From: a virus
Strand: one strand, 5' to 3'
Length of the DNA stretch: 64,000 bases
IMG/VR virus record: IMGVR_UViG_3300042319_001830
Location: 69,234-133,233 of that record
Made by a program: the position numbers and the translations under genes. The notes under the pieces are model-generated. The model saw nothing but the letters and a program-made list of their open reading frames with translations, searched no databases and was not told the origin of the DNA. Below, piece after piece: positions 47,962 to 58,495 of this stretch. Numbering within the stretch: position 1 is the stretch's first letter; every line of letters begins with the position of its first letter.

Positions 47962-50334
47962 ATGCCTACACTAGGAAAAACAAAAGTATCACCCAGTTTA
48001 ATTTCAACAGGATCACTGTTTCAAGGTACATCCAGTTACGCTGTTACCGCTTCATTCGCTTTGAATGCAAGTGGAGGTGGTGGCGGCGGATTAGTGCAAA
48101 CAGGCAGTATTGCGAAACAAACCATATTATACAATGTAACTTCAGGCAGCCAGAATGTAATTACCGGCTTAAATTTAAGCAGCAACAAATGGGGCATAGA
48201 TATCAAAGAAGAATGGGATGCTAAAACAATAACAGGCGATCAATATTACAATAGTTGTAGTTTATTATTGCATTGTGATGGTTCAAATGGAAGCACCACA
48301 TTCACCGACAATAGTCCGTCACCAAAAACAGTTACTGCTACAAATGGAGCTGCAATTAGTACTGCGCAAAGTAAATTTGGTGGGGCAAGTGCATTATTTG
48401 ACGGAACAAATGATTATGTTTCTATACCAGATAATGAAGCCTTAGAACCAGGTACTAGTGATTTGACTTGGGAGATGTGGATAAAAACTACAAGTAGTGT
48501 TCAATACACTACTCTTTATTCTAGGTCGCCTTCTTTATTTAGCAGTGGTATGTGGTCGTTGATGATAAATCAGGCATCAAGTACTGCAGGTGATATTGCA
48601 TTATATTTGGGTGACTTTTCCGATAGCAGCCCTCTGTTATTAACAACAGGTATAAGTATTAGAGACGATGTATGGCATCATATTGCTATAGTAAGAATTG
48701 GTAGTGCGTGGGCGTGCTATGTTGATGGAATATCTCGTGCAACTGGCACTTTTAGCGGCGGTATCAGTAATATTAGCTCAGGACCTAGAATAGGATCGGA
48801 CCAAAATTATGGTAGATATTTTGCTGGTTATATAGATGAAGTAAGAATTACAAAAGGTGTAGCTAGGTATACGAGTAATTTTACCCCACAAACATCAGCA
48901 TTTCCAAATAATGCTAGTGTAACGCAATATGCTACAAAGTATGTAGGTTCGATTGGTGGGCTGAATGATAGTAATGTGGATTACGGCGTACAAAAATTGA
49001 GTGACAGTTCGCTTAAAGTGGTAAAGATGACGCAGACTACATCGCCGTTTCCAAGTGGATCATTGAGCGGCAGTGTGGATAGAGTGTATGTGAATGTATT
49101 GGATTACACTAAAGTAAGTGTGACTAGCAGTTATGCTACCAATGCATTAAATTCGGTTAATTCATTAGATATTCCCAAAATTAAATCTATTATTTATACA
49201 AACAGTGGTTATACACCAACCACAGCTTCTGCGGTAGATCTTGTAAAAGGTAATAAATATATAATTATATCTGGTAGTAATTTTAAATCTAGCGCATCTG
49301 TTTTTATTGATGCAACTACGGGTTCTATAGTAAGTTATGTAAATGAAAATCAATTAAATGTGAATGTAGCAACAAAAACGGCAGGAACATATCCAATATA
49401 TTTGATGAATACGGATGGCGCTTCTACATTTAAAATAAACGCTATAACATATATAACGGGTTTAAGTGGTACTCAAAAAGCTATTTTTGGTTATGGTACA
49501 ACAGGTGCAAATGTATCTATGACAAATTTAGTTTCTAACACAGGTGTAGTTGCGACAGATACAACAGGTGTTGGTACTGCAAGACAATCTTTAGCTGCTG
49601 CTGGATATGGAACTGATAAAGCAATATTTGGTTATGGTGATTCAGGGGCATCAACAGCGCTAACAAATTTAGTAAGTAACACAGGTGTGGTTGCGACAGA
49701 TACAACCGGTGTAGGTACCGCTAGATATGCACCAGCTGCAGCTGGATATGGTGGTGATAAAGCTATATTTGGTTATGGTTATAGTAGTGCAACTGTATCT
49801 GTGACTAATTTAGTAAGCAACACAGGTGTAGTCGCTACAGATACAACGGGCGTAGGTACTGCTAGATATTATATAGCAGCCGCAGGATATGGAACTGATA
49901 AGGCTATATTTGGATATGGTTATAGTACAGGACAAGAATCTGTAACAAATTTAGTAAATAATACAGGTGTGGTTGCGACAAATACAACCGGTGTAGGTAC
50001 CGCTAGACATGCTTTAGCAGCAGCTGGATATGGCGGTGATAAAGCTATATTTGGTTATGGGATTACATCTGTAGATTTATCTATGACAAATTTGGTAAGT
50101 AACACAGGTGTGGTTGCGACAGATACAACCGGCGTAGGTACCGCTAGACATATATTAGCAGCAGCTGGATATGGCGGTGATAAAGCTATATTTGGTTATG
50201 GAAAAATAGTATCTACAGTCACATTTGTATCTATGACAAATTTGGTAAGTAACACAGGTGTAGTTGCGACAGATACAACAGGTGTAGGTACTGCTAGAGA
50301 GCGTTTGGCAGCAGCTGGATATTCGACGACATAA
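47962..50334 (+). CDS. Fibre protein: LamG, IPT/TIG-like domain and Kelch-like propeller
   Basis: Same cassette; ISGSNF..SASVFI; six KAIFGYG repeats with 141-nt period. Confidence 0.78.
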   Translation: MPTLGKTKVSPSLISTGSLFQGTSSYAVTASFALNASGGGGGGLVQTGSIAKQTILYNVTSGSQNVITGLNLSSNKWGIDIKEEWDAKTITGDQYYNSCSLLLHCDGSNGSTTFTDNSPSPKTVTATNGAAISTAQSKFGGASALFDGTNDYVSIPDNEALEPGTSDLTWEMWIKTTSSVQYTTLYSRSPSLFSSGMWSLMINQASSTAGDIALYLGDFSDSSPLLLTTGISIRDDVWHHIAIVRIGSAWACYVDGISRATGTFSGGISNISSGPRIGSDQNYGRYFAGYIDEVRITKGVARYTSNFTPQTSAFPNNASVTQYATKYVGSIGGLNDSNVDYGVQKLSDSSLKVVKMTQTTSPFPSGSLSGSVDRVYVNVLDYTKVSVTSSYATNALNSVNSLDIPKIKSIIYTNSGYTPTTASAVDLVKGNKYIIISGSNFKSSASVFIDATTGSIVSYVNENQLNVNVATKTAGTYPIYLMNTDGASTFKINAITYITGLSGTQKAIFGYGTTGANVSMTNLVSNTGVVATDTTGVGTARQSLAAAGYGTDKAIFGYGDSGASTALTNLVSNTGVVATDTTGVGTARYAPAAAGYGGDKAIFGYGYSSATVSVTNLVSNTGVVATDTTGVGTARYYIAAAGYGTDKAIFGYGYSTGQESVTNLVNNTGVVATNTTGVGTARHALAAAGYGGDKAIFGYGITSVDLSMTNLVSNTGVVATDTTGVGTARHILAAAGYGGDKAIFGYGKIVSTVTFVSMTNLVSNTGVVATDTTGVGTARERLAAAGYSTT

Positions 50335-50356
50335 ACAATATATATTAAACAAACAT

Positions 50357-50965
50357 ATGGCATCAAATTTGAATTCAGAATTTAATTATCGTTATCAAGT
50401 GATAGGCAGTACCCCGTGGGAAAAGTTAAAAACATTAAAAGGTTTTCTTGTGGGTAGAAAAAGAGCAGCTGTTTTGGAACAAGTGGCTGATATAAAATAT
50501 AAAGCTAAATTAGCAGAACTAAAACATTTAAAAGAATTACCAGCATTACCACACGTAATTCTAAACTTAGAAGCAGAAATTTTAGAACTTGAATCACATC
50601 TAGATGATCAAAAACACGCATTTGAATTAAACCGTCAAGAAATAAAGATTTTAGAAAATCTAATGGCTGAATTATATACAATAGTTGAACCCACCAGAAT
50701 ACCTGGTTATACAGATGATCAAATGTTTGAAGCAAATGCTAATAACGAATTCACCGTAACAATTGGACGGGAAATACAAGCCGAAATTATTGCCAATGGT
50801 AGACCATCCCCAGCCAAATTACTAAACGCAATGAGCAATCCACAAACACTAGAATCTTTAAAACTAATCGGATTAGTACCAAAAGAAACAATATTGATAG
50901 AACAAAAAGATATTGTTGATGCGTTAAAATTAAACAACATAAATGAACCAAAACTACTAGAATAA
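50357..50965 (+). CDS. Coiled-coil hypothetical protein
   Basis: Helical L/E/K-rich ORF following the propeller gene. Confidence 0.6.
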   Translation: MASNLNSEFNYRYQVIGSTPWEKLKTLKGFLVGRKRAAVLEQVADIKYKAKLAELKHLKELPALPHVILNLEAEILELESHLDDQKHAFELNRQEIKILENLMAELYTIVEPTRIPGYTDDQMFEANANNEFTVTIGREIQAEIIANGRPSPAKLLNAMSNPQTLESLKLIGLVPKETILIEQKDIVDALKLNNINEPKLLE

Positions 50966-50966
50966 T

Positions 50967-51344
50967 ATGAAACTTTATAAATTACCATCCCAAAATTTTG
51001 AATTGTTATTCGGTAAACCAGAAGAAAGAAAACAAGTAACTGATGTTGTGATTATTGCGCAAACAACTGATTGTTCCAGTTTCTTGGTATTATCCAAAAC
51101 AAATTATGAAGCGTTTGAACCATTCGCTAGTTACAATGGATACGATTTCACTTATTGTCAACAATGGGGATTAACAATAAATGAAGAAGTGGTTGTAAGA
51201 ACCATATCTGACCTAAGAAAAAATGCATATCCACCAATGGCAAATTATTTGGACGCTATTGTTAAAAATGATACAGAAGCATTACAAACTTATCTGGATG
51301 CGTGTCTTGCAGTAAAAGATAAATATACCAAATTAGAATCTTGA
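50967..51344 (+). CDS. Putative fibre-assembly chaperone
   Basis: C-terminal LRKNAYPPMANYLDAIVK...AVKDKY motif typical of small fibre-associated genes. Confidence 0.45.
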   Translation: MKLYKLPSQNFELLFGKPEERKQVTDVVIIAQTTDCSSFLVLSKTNYEAFEPFASYNGYDFTYCQQWGLTINEEVVVRTISDLRKNAYPPMANYLDAIVKNDTEALQTYLDACLAVKDKYTKLES

Positions 51345-51348
51345 GTTT

Positions 51349-52041
51349 ATGTATTACGGACCCAGAATTGTGTCAAATGGATTGGTACTGTGTTTGGATG
51401 CGGCTAATAAACGTAGTTATCCTGGCACTGGCACTACTTGGACCGATTTAAGTGGTAATAGTAATAACGGCACATTAACCAATGGTCCTACATTTAGTGT
51501 TAGTAACGGTGGTGTTATAGTATTTGATGGTACTGATGATTGGATTAATTTACCAACTGCCGGATTTGGGGGGACAACATTTTCGATTGATTTTTGGATT
51601 AAATTTAATGCAACGGGTAATGGTAGTTATTGGTGGACTATCGCAAATTCAGGTGGAGATAATCCCGAACTTAGACTTATGTTTGATTCAAGTAATAAAT
51701 TGAAATATATTTGGTATGATGCGTCGGCATATATTATAAATTCATTTTCACAGGCAACATTAACAGTTGGTACTTGGTATCATATAACCAATACAACACA
51801 AAATAATGACTATAAATTCTACATTAATGGTGCAATTGATAGTAGTTTCACCGGAACAACATATAATGGTGGAACATTAGCATGTCATTCAATTGGTACA
51901 TATAATTTATACGGTACATCTCCTGGTTATGGCGGATACACATCAATGAGTTTAGGTTCATATAAATTCTATAACAGAGTATTGAGTGCAGGTGAAGTGT
52001 TGCAAAACTATAATGCGGTTAAAAGTAGATTTGGTAGATAA
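51349..52041 (+). CDS. LamG/concanavalin-A-like protein, paralogue 1
   Basis: LVLCLDAAN..SYPGTGTTW.DLSG ... YNR.LS..EV.QNYNA.KSRFG. Confidence 0.8.
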   Translation: MYYGPRIVSNGLVLCLDAANKRSYPGTGTTWTDLSGNSNNGTLTNGPTFSVSNGGVIVFDGTDDWINLPTAGFGGTTFSIDFWIKFNATGNGSYWWTIANSGGDNPELRLMFDSSNKLKYIWYDASAYIINSFSQATLTVGTWYHITNTTQNNDYKFYINGAIDSSFTGTTYNGGTLACHSIGTYNLYGTSPGYGGYTSMSLGSYKFYNRVLSAGEVLQNYNAVKSRFGR

Positions 52042-52052
52042 TTATAATATAT

Positions 52053-52769
52053 ATGTCAGGAAAAAGTGGACCAGATATTGTTGAAAATGGATTAGTATTG
52101 TGTTTGGATGCGGCTAATAAATTTAGCTATCCTGGCACAGGTACCACTTGGACCGATTTAAGTGGTAATAGTAATAATGGCACATTAACCAATGGTCCTA
52201 CATTTAGCGCTGGTAATATGGGTAGTATTTTATATGATGGGGCTGATGATCAAATAGATTGTGGAAATAATTCTTCTTTAAATATATCTACTAATTTAAC
52301 ATTAGGTATTTGGGTAAAATTTAATAGTTTATCATCTGATCCTAATTTAATATCTAAACAATGGTGTAGTGGCAATCAATTTTCATACTCTTGGGCTGTA
52401 TTAAGTGATGGTAGAATATACTATGGATTTGATTCAGATGGACAGTGTTCATCTATTACTGGTGAATATACATCTACAAATACTGTGTGTACTACAGGAA
52501 TATGGTATTGCTTAAATATAGTACACACATCAACATCTATTAATTTGTATAGTAATGGTATTTCAATACCAGGAACATTAGCAGGAAGTTATGGTACTAT
52601 ATATACCAGCACTGTTCCAGTTAGATTAGGAGTGTATAGAAATTTATCAGGAGCTTTTGCTAGCTATTTAAGTGGTAATATATCCAATGTTCAAATATAC
52701 AATAGAGCATTAAGTGCTACTGAAGTATTGCAGAACTATAATGCTACAAAAAGTAGATTTGGCAGATAA
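52053..52769 (+). CDS. LamG/concanavalin-A-like protein, paralogue 2
   Basis: Same conserved termini, different core. Confidence 0.8.
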   Translation: MSGKSGPDIVENGLVLCLDAANKFSYPGTGTTWTDLSGNSNNGTLTNGPTFSAGNMGSILYDGADDQIDCGNNSSLNISTNLTLGIWVKFNSLSSDPNLISKQWCSGNQFSYSWAVLSDGRIYYGFDSDGQCSSITGEYTSTNTVCTTGIWYCLNIVHTSTSINLYSNGISIPGTLAGSYGTIYTSTVPVRLGVYRNLSGAFASYLSGNISNVQIYNRALSATEVLQNYNATKSRFGR

Positions 52770-52780
52770 TTATACTGTAT

Positions 52781-53512
52781 ATGGGTATATCTAGAGGACC
52801 AAAAATTGTAACAAGTGGATTAGTATTGTGTTTGGATGCGGCTAATAAATTTAGCTATCCTCGCACAGGTACCACTTGGACCGATTTAAGCGGTAATGGT
52901 AATAACGGCACATTAACCAATGGTCCTACATTTAGCGCGGGTAATCAAGGTGGTATAGCACTTGATGGAGTAGATGATTATATATCTATTGGTAGTCAGA
53001 ATATAGTTGGAACTGGTACGTCTCCATTCTCTGTGGAATTATGTATATATAATACTAAAAATTGGGGTGTTGGAGAATATACGTTGCCTTTTAGGGTTAA
53101 ACAAGACAGTGAAGTTTTTGCAGCGTTGTATAATCCATCTGGAACTTTATTAAACTACATGACTTTCAGAGGATACACTCAGTGGGGTACTCCGGTTACC
53201 CAGGCTAATTTTGTGAATAAATGGATATTTTTGAATTATGTATATAATGGCGGAGATAAAAGTACGGCATCATCGTATGTTTCATATTTAAATGGGGTTC
53301 AACTTCCAACTGCAACTGTAAATCTGGGAATTGCCGGCGGTCTGTCAGCTAATTGTAATATTATCGGCGCAGATGGAGATAATGGATGTAATAGTACTAA
53401 TAGTGGATTACTGCAAGGTAAAATAAGTTTGTATAAATTGTACAACAGAGTATTGAGTGCAGGTGAAGTGTTGCAAAACTATAACGCAACTAAAAGTAGA
53501 TTTGGAAGATAA
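52781..53512 (+). CDS. LamG/concanavalin-A-like protein, paralogue 3
   Basis: Same conserved termini, different core. Confidence 0.8.
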   Translation: MGISRGPKIVTSGLVLCLDAANKFSYPRTGTTWTDLSGNGNNGTLTNGPTFSAGNQGGIALDGVDDYISIGSQNIVGTGTSPFSVELCIYNTKNWGVGEYTLPFRVKQDSEVFAALYNPSGTLLNYMTFRGYTQWGTPVTQANFVNKWIFLNYVYNGGDKSTASSYVSYLNGVQLPTATVNLGIAGGLSANCNIIGADGDNGCNSTNSGLLQGKISLYKLYNRVLSAGEVLQNYNATKSRFGR

Positions 53513-53557
53513 ATATCTTAATTTGATGAATGTGTATAATTATGATATTTATATGAT

Positions 53558-56500
53558 ATGTTGACGTTAACAAAGGTATTACCAGCATTAATTTCAAGTG
53601 GTAGCTTTACTGGTTCATTTCGTGGTACCAGCAGTTATGCAGTTAGAGCATTAACCGCAAGTTATGCGTTGAATGCGAGTGGTGGCGGCGGTGCTTCATT
53701 ACGAACTGGTAGTACTTATCCAATTACTGCTAGTTATTCAAGAAAAGCAGTTACTGCTAGTTATTTAGCCACCATAAGTCAATCTTTAATACCCGCTAAA
53801 AATAACACATATAGTTTGGGTAATGCTACTAATAAATGGAAAGATATATATGTAAGTACCGCGAGTATTTATTTTGATAATTATCCACTTACAGTTACTG
53901 TCACAAATAATAGTCCAAAACTCAATTTCTTCAGTAGTAGTATAGTAACAGTACCAATAGGTTCAAATACAAATACATCCAGTTATGCACTTAAAGCGTT
54001 AAGTGCAAGTTATGTAACAGGTGGTGGAGTGGGTAGTAGCGGTACAAGTGGTAATAACGGATCATCAGGTACAAGCGGTAATAACGGATCATCAGGCAGC
54101 AGTGGCGCTTCTGGCACATCAGGAAGTAGTGGTGCAAATGGTACATCAGGCAGCAGTGGCACTGCTGGTAGTAGTGGTTCCACAGGCACAAGTGGGTCAA
54201 GTGGTGCAACTGGTACCAGTGGTAGTAGTGGTGCAACTGGTACACCTGGATCAAGTGGTACAAGTGGAACAGGTGCAGCAGGCACACAAGGTACCAGTGG
54301 ATCAAGCGGTGTAAGTGGTACCGCAACGTTGCAAACAGGTAGTTTAGCTAAGCAAACCATATTGTACAATGTAGTATCAGGCAGCCAAAACACTATTACA
54401 GGCCTAAATTTAAGCGGAAACAAGTGGGGTGTAGACATTAAAGAAGAATGGGACGCTGTAATTATAGCTGGGGATCAATATTATAATAGTTGTAGTTTGT
54501 TACTACATTGTAATGGTGCAAATGGAAGTACCACATTCACCGATAATAGTAAAAATAATATAACAGTTACAGCTAATGGCAATTCACAAATTAGTACTGC
54601 TCAAAGTAAATTTGGTGGAGCGAGTGGATTATTTGATGGTAGTGGTGATTATTTGTATGTACCAGCATCTTCTATACAGGTTTTAGGAAATACATGGACT
54701 ATTGAGTGTTGGTATCAAGCAATAAGCAGATCAAACACGTACCCAACAATTATTTCTGTTAGTGATAATAGTTACGCAGGTACAATAGTTTTATTTGATA
54801 GACATGGATCCGCAAGTACTAAATTTTCTTTTGCTGTTGCAAATGCCGGGGCGATTGTTACTGGGACAACTAATGTATCAAACGGAACGTGGTATCACTT
54901 GGCATTGGTCAGTAATAACGGCGTTGTAACTATGTATGTTAATGGTATTTCTGAAGCATCACAAAGTTCAACCACAAATTCTGCAAATAAACAAATTTAT
55001 ATTGGGGCAAATTTTGACTATGCATCTTATCCAACATACCTTAACGGATACATAGATGAACTTCGTATAACAAAAGGAATTGCAAGATACACCACTAACT
55101 TTACCCCGCAAACTTCTGAATTTCCAAATAATGTTAGTGTAACGCAATATGCGACTAAGTACATTGGTTTAATCGGCGGGTTAAATGATAGTAATGTAGA
55201 TTACGGCGTACAGAAATTGAATGATAGTTCGCTTAAAGTGGTGAAAATGACACAAACCACATCGCCACTGGTTGGTAGTGGATCATTGAGCGGCAGCGTG
55301 GATAGAGTGTATGTGAATGTATTGGATTACACAAAGGTGAGTGTGACTAGTAGTTATGCTACCAATGCTTTGACTGCAAGTTATGTGATGGGAGGTGCAG
55401 CTGGATCATCAGGCACAAGTGGTGCTTCTGGTACAAGTGGATCAAGTGGATCAAGTGGTGCTTCTGGTACATCAGGTACATCTGGAAACAGTGGTACAAG
55501 CGGAAGCAGTGGTACAAGCGGAAACAGTGGTACAAGCGGAAGCAGTGGTACAAGCGGAAGCAGTGGTACAAGCGGAACTTCAGGTAGCAGTGGAGCAGCT
55601 GGTTCATCGGGATCTAGCGGTGCAACTGGTGCTTCTGGATCAAGTGGTACAAGTGGTGGGGGTGCTTCATTAATAACTGGTAGTTTATATCCTATAACAA
55701 GCAGTTGGTCACGCAGATCTTTAACTGCTAGTTATGCTTTAAATGCTAGTGGTGGGGGATCTTCACTTGCGGTTGGACAAACATTTATAAGCAATGGTAG
55801 TCAAACTGTATATACTTTAAGTCAGACCGCAGCAAATAGAGATCAAATACTTGTTGTAACCAATGGTGTGGTTCAAAGTCGAACCGGTAGCAATTATACC
55901 GTGAGTGGTACTACATTAACTTTGAGTGAAGCTGTTCAAAGTGGTGGTTTGATTGATGTTCGTTTTATAAACGCTGGTCAAGGTTCAAGTGGCACAAGCG
56001 GTATAAATGGCACTGTGCAAACAGGCAGCTTAGCAAAACAAACCATACTATACAACGTAATCTCAGGTAGTCAGAATGTTATAACCGGCTTAAATTTGAG
56101 CGGTAACAAGTGGGGTGTGGACATTAAAGAAGAATGGGATGCTGTAACTGTAGTGGGTGATACTTATTATAATAGTTGTAGTTTATTATTACACCTTAAT
56201 GGTACAAATGACAGTACTACATTCACCGACAATAGCCCATCACCAAAAACAGTTACAGCAAATAATGGAGCTGCAATTAGTACTGCGCAAAGTAAATTTG
56301 GTGGGGCTAGTGCATTTTTTGATGGTACAGATGATTATCTTTCGATAAATTATAATTCCGCTTTTAATTTTGGTACAAATTCTTTTACTTGGGAATCTTG
56401 GATATACCCAACTAATATATCTGGAATCGATGGAATCTACGCAACTTCTGGTGGGTCAGGTGTTAATCCTAAATTTGTCATTCATCTAAATGCAGGCACT

Positions 56501-58159
56501 CCTAGTATACACTATAACAATCTTACAAACGGCAATGATCTTTATACAACCGCAACATCTGCTGTTTCTATTAATACCTGGACTCATTTAGCATTCGTAA
56601 GAAATGGTTCGAATTGGACTTGGTATATCAATGGTAACTCTGCTGGAACAGGTACTAATAACACAAATATAACTTTTACATCACAACCAACATATATCGG
56701 ATATGGTGGAGAAGCTTATTTTACACCATTTAATGGTTATATAGATGAATTACGAATTACGAATGGTGTAGCTAGATATACCGGTAATTTTACCCCATCA
56801 ACAACTGCGTTTCCAAATAATGCTGGTGTAACGCAATATGCTACTAAGTATGTTGGTTTAATCGGCGGGTTAAATGATAAAAGTGTGGATTATGGTGTGC
56901 AGAAATTGAGTGACAGTTCGCTTAAAGTGGTGAAGATGACTCAGACCACATCGCCGTTTCCAAGTGGATCATTGAGCAGCAGTGTGGATAGAGTGTATGT
57001 GAATGTATTGGATTATACAAAGGTTAATGTAACGAGCAGTTATGCTACAAATGCTTTAAATTCGGTTAATTCACTAGATATTCCCAAAATTAAATCTATT
57101 ATTTATACAAATAGCAGTTATACACCAACCACAGCTTCTGCGGTAGATCTTACGAAAGGTAATAATTATATAATTATATCGGGTAGTAATTTTAAATCTA
57201 GTGCATCTGTTTTTATTGATTCTACATCTGGGTCGGTAGTTACATACGTTAATAGTACTAAACTTAATGTAAATGTAATTTCAAAAAATATTGGAACATA
57301 TCCAATATATTTGATGAATACTGACGGTGCTTCTACATTTAAAATAAATGCTATAACATACATTGCTTCGGCATATACAATTGGATATTTAATTGTTGCA
57401 GGCGGAGGTGCAGGTGGGTCTGCTGGATCAAGTGACAATCGTGGTGGTGGAGGCGGCGCCGGCGGATTTGTTAGTGGATCTATGAGCGTGTACAAAACAG
57501 GATCATTTGTTGTTACAGTTGGAACAGGTGGAGCCAGAGTTTCTCCTGGTGGGACAGGAACAAATGGTAATACTTCTTCGTTCGGATCTAACATTATATC
57601 TCTTGGTGGCGGCGGTGGCGGCGGCGCCGCTTCAACTGGTCGATCCGGAGGTTCTGGAGGCGGCGGCGGAGCTTCCAGCGGACCTGGCACCTGGGCTGGT
57701 GGTATAGGATCGCAACCTTCACAACCATATGGGGGATTTGGAAACAACGGTGGTACAGGTGGTACAGATAACGCAACTTATAGAGCCGGCGGTGGTGGTG
57801 GTGGTGCCGGTGGCGCTGGAGGCAATGCTAGTATTAGTAATGCAACAGGAGGAGTTGGTAAAGGATCATATTTAACCGGAAGTTTAAAATATTACTCTGG
57901 TGGTGGAGGCGCTTCAAATGGTGCAGCAAGTCCACAAGGAGGAGGTGGACCAGTTGGACAGCCGGGAAGTGTAAATACAGGTGGTGGTGGCGGCGGCGGA
58001 GACTCCGCAGTCTACTCCGATGCTCAAGGTGGAAATGGTGGTAGTGGGATTGTAATTATACGATATGCTGGTGCACCAAAAGCCACAGGCGGAACAATAA
58101 AAGAACTGGGTGGATATACAATACATACTTTTTTTACAAGTGGTGTGTTCACTGTATAA
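53558..58159 (+). CDS. Fibre protein: two LamG cassettes, IPT-like domain and glycine-rich C-terminal domain
   Basis: YSLG....KWKDIY shaft motif; YLIVAGGG...GGSGIVIIRY. Confidence 0.8.
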   Translation: MLTLTKVLPALISSGSFTGSFRGTSSYAVRALTASYALNASGGGGASLRTGSTYPITASYSRKAVTASYLATISQSLIPAKNNTYSLGNATNKWKDIYVSTASIYFDNYPLTVTVTNNSPKLNFFSSSIVTVPIGSNTNTSSYALKALSASYVTGGGVGSSGTSGNNGSSGTSGNNGSSGSSGASGTSGSSGANGTSGSSGTAGSSGSTGTSGSSGATGTSGSSGATGTPGSSGTSGTGAAGTQGTSGSSGVSGTATLQTGSLAKQTILYNVVSGSQNTITGLNLSGNKWGVDIKEEWDAVIIAGDQYYNSCSLLLHCNGANGSTTFTDNSKNNITVTANGNSQISTAQSKFGGASGLFDGSGDYLYVPASSIQVLGNTWTIECWYQAISRSNTYPTIISVSDNSYAGTIVLFDRHGSASTKFSFAVANAGAIVTGTTNVSNGTWYHLALVSNNGVVTMYVNGISEASQSSTTNSANKQIYIGANFDYASYPTYLNGYIDELRITKGIARYTTNFTPQTSEFPNNVSVTQYATKYIGLIGGLNDSNVDYGVQKLNDSSLKVVKMTQTTSPLVGSGSLSGSVDRVYVNVLDYTKVSVTSSYATNALTASYVMGGAAGSSGTSGASGTSGSSGSSGASGTSGTSGNSGTSGSSGTSGNSGTSGSSGTSGSSGTSGTSGSSGAAGSSGSSGATGASGSSGTSGGGASLITGSLYPITSSWSRRSLTASYALNASGGGSSLAVGQTFISNGSQTVYTLSQTAANRDQILVVTNGVVQSRTGSNYTVSGTTLTLSEAVQSGGLIDVRFINAGQGSSGTSGINGTVQTGSLAKQTILYNVISGSQNVITGLNLSGNKWGVDIKEEWDAVTVVGDTYYNSCSLLLHLNGTNDSTTFTDNSPSPKTVTANNGAAISTAQSKFGGASAFFDGTDDYLSINYNSAFNFGTNSFTWESWIYPTNISGIDGIYATSGGSGVNPKFVIHLNAGTPSIHYNNLTNGNDLYTTATSAVSINTWTHLAFVRNGSNWTWYINGNSAGTGTNNTNITFTSQPTYIGYGGEAYFTPFNGYIDELRITNGVARYTGNFTPSTTAFPNNAGVTQYATKYVGLIGGLNDKSVDYGVQKLSDSSLKVVKMTQTTSPFPSGSLSSSVDRVYVNVLDYTKVNVTSSYATNALNSVNSLDIPKIKSIIYTNSSYTPTTASAVDLTKGNNYIIISGSNFKSSASVFIDSTSGSVVTYVNSTKLNVNVISKNIGTYPIYLMNTDGASTFKINAITYIASAYTIGYLIVAGGGAGGSAGSSDNRGGGGGAGGFVSGSMSVYKTGSFVVTVGTGGARVSPGGTGTNGNTSSFGSNIISLGGGGGGGAASTGRSGGSGGGGGASSGPGTWAGGIGSQPSQPYGGFGNNGGTGGTDNATYRAGGGGGGAGGAGGNASISNATGGVGKGSYLTGSLKYYSGGGGASNGAASPQGGGGPVGQPGSVNTGGGGGGGDSAVYSDAQGGNGGSGIVIIRYAGAPKATGGTIKELGGYTIHTFFTSGVFTV

Positions 58160-58170
58160 TATTTATACAT

Positions 58171-58494
58171 ATGTCTAATTTTGCTTATATAAATAATGAC
58201 GGTATAGTTACTAAAGTTATTGTTGCTGATCAAAACTTTATTAATAGCGGCGTTGTTGGCGATCCATTTAGATGGATACAAACAAGTTACAATCAAAATT
58301 TTAGAAAAAACTTTGCTGGAATTGGATTTAAATATGACAGAATAAGAGATGCGTTTATAGCACCAAAACCATATCCAAGTTGGATATTAAACGAAGAAAC
58401 TTGTAGATGGGAAGCTCCTGTTTTATATCCAAATGACGGAAAATTATATGTTTGGGACGAAACAACACTATCTTGGAAATTAATTTCAGAATAA
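58171..58494 (+). CDS. Small partner of glycine-rich adhesin
   Basis: QTSYN..FRKNFAG.G..YD..RDAFIAPKPYPSW; paralogue of 62833..63201. Confidence 0.7.
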   Translation: MSNFAYINNDGIVTKVIVADQNFINSGVVGDPFRWIQTSYNQNFRKNFAGIGFKYDRIRDAFIAPKPYPSWILNEETCRWEAPVLYPNDGKLYVWDETTLSWKLISE

Positions 58495-58495
58495 T

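Noticed and set aside
45055-50334. Diversity-generating retroelement acting on the propeller or LamG repeats
   Set aside because: No reverse transcriptase or non-coding template repeat in the window. Variable loops differ in length, and differences are not confined to adenine positions. An RT elsewhere in the genome cannot be excluded.
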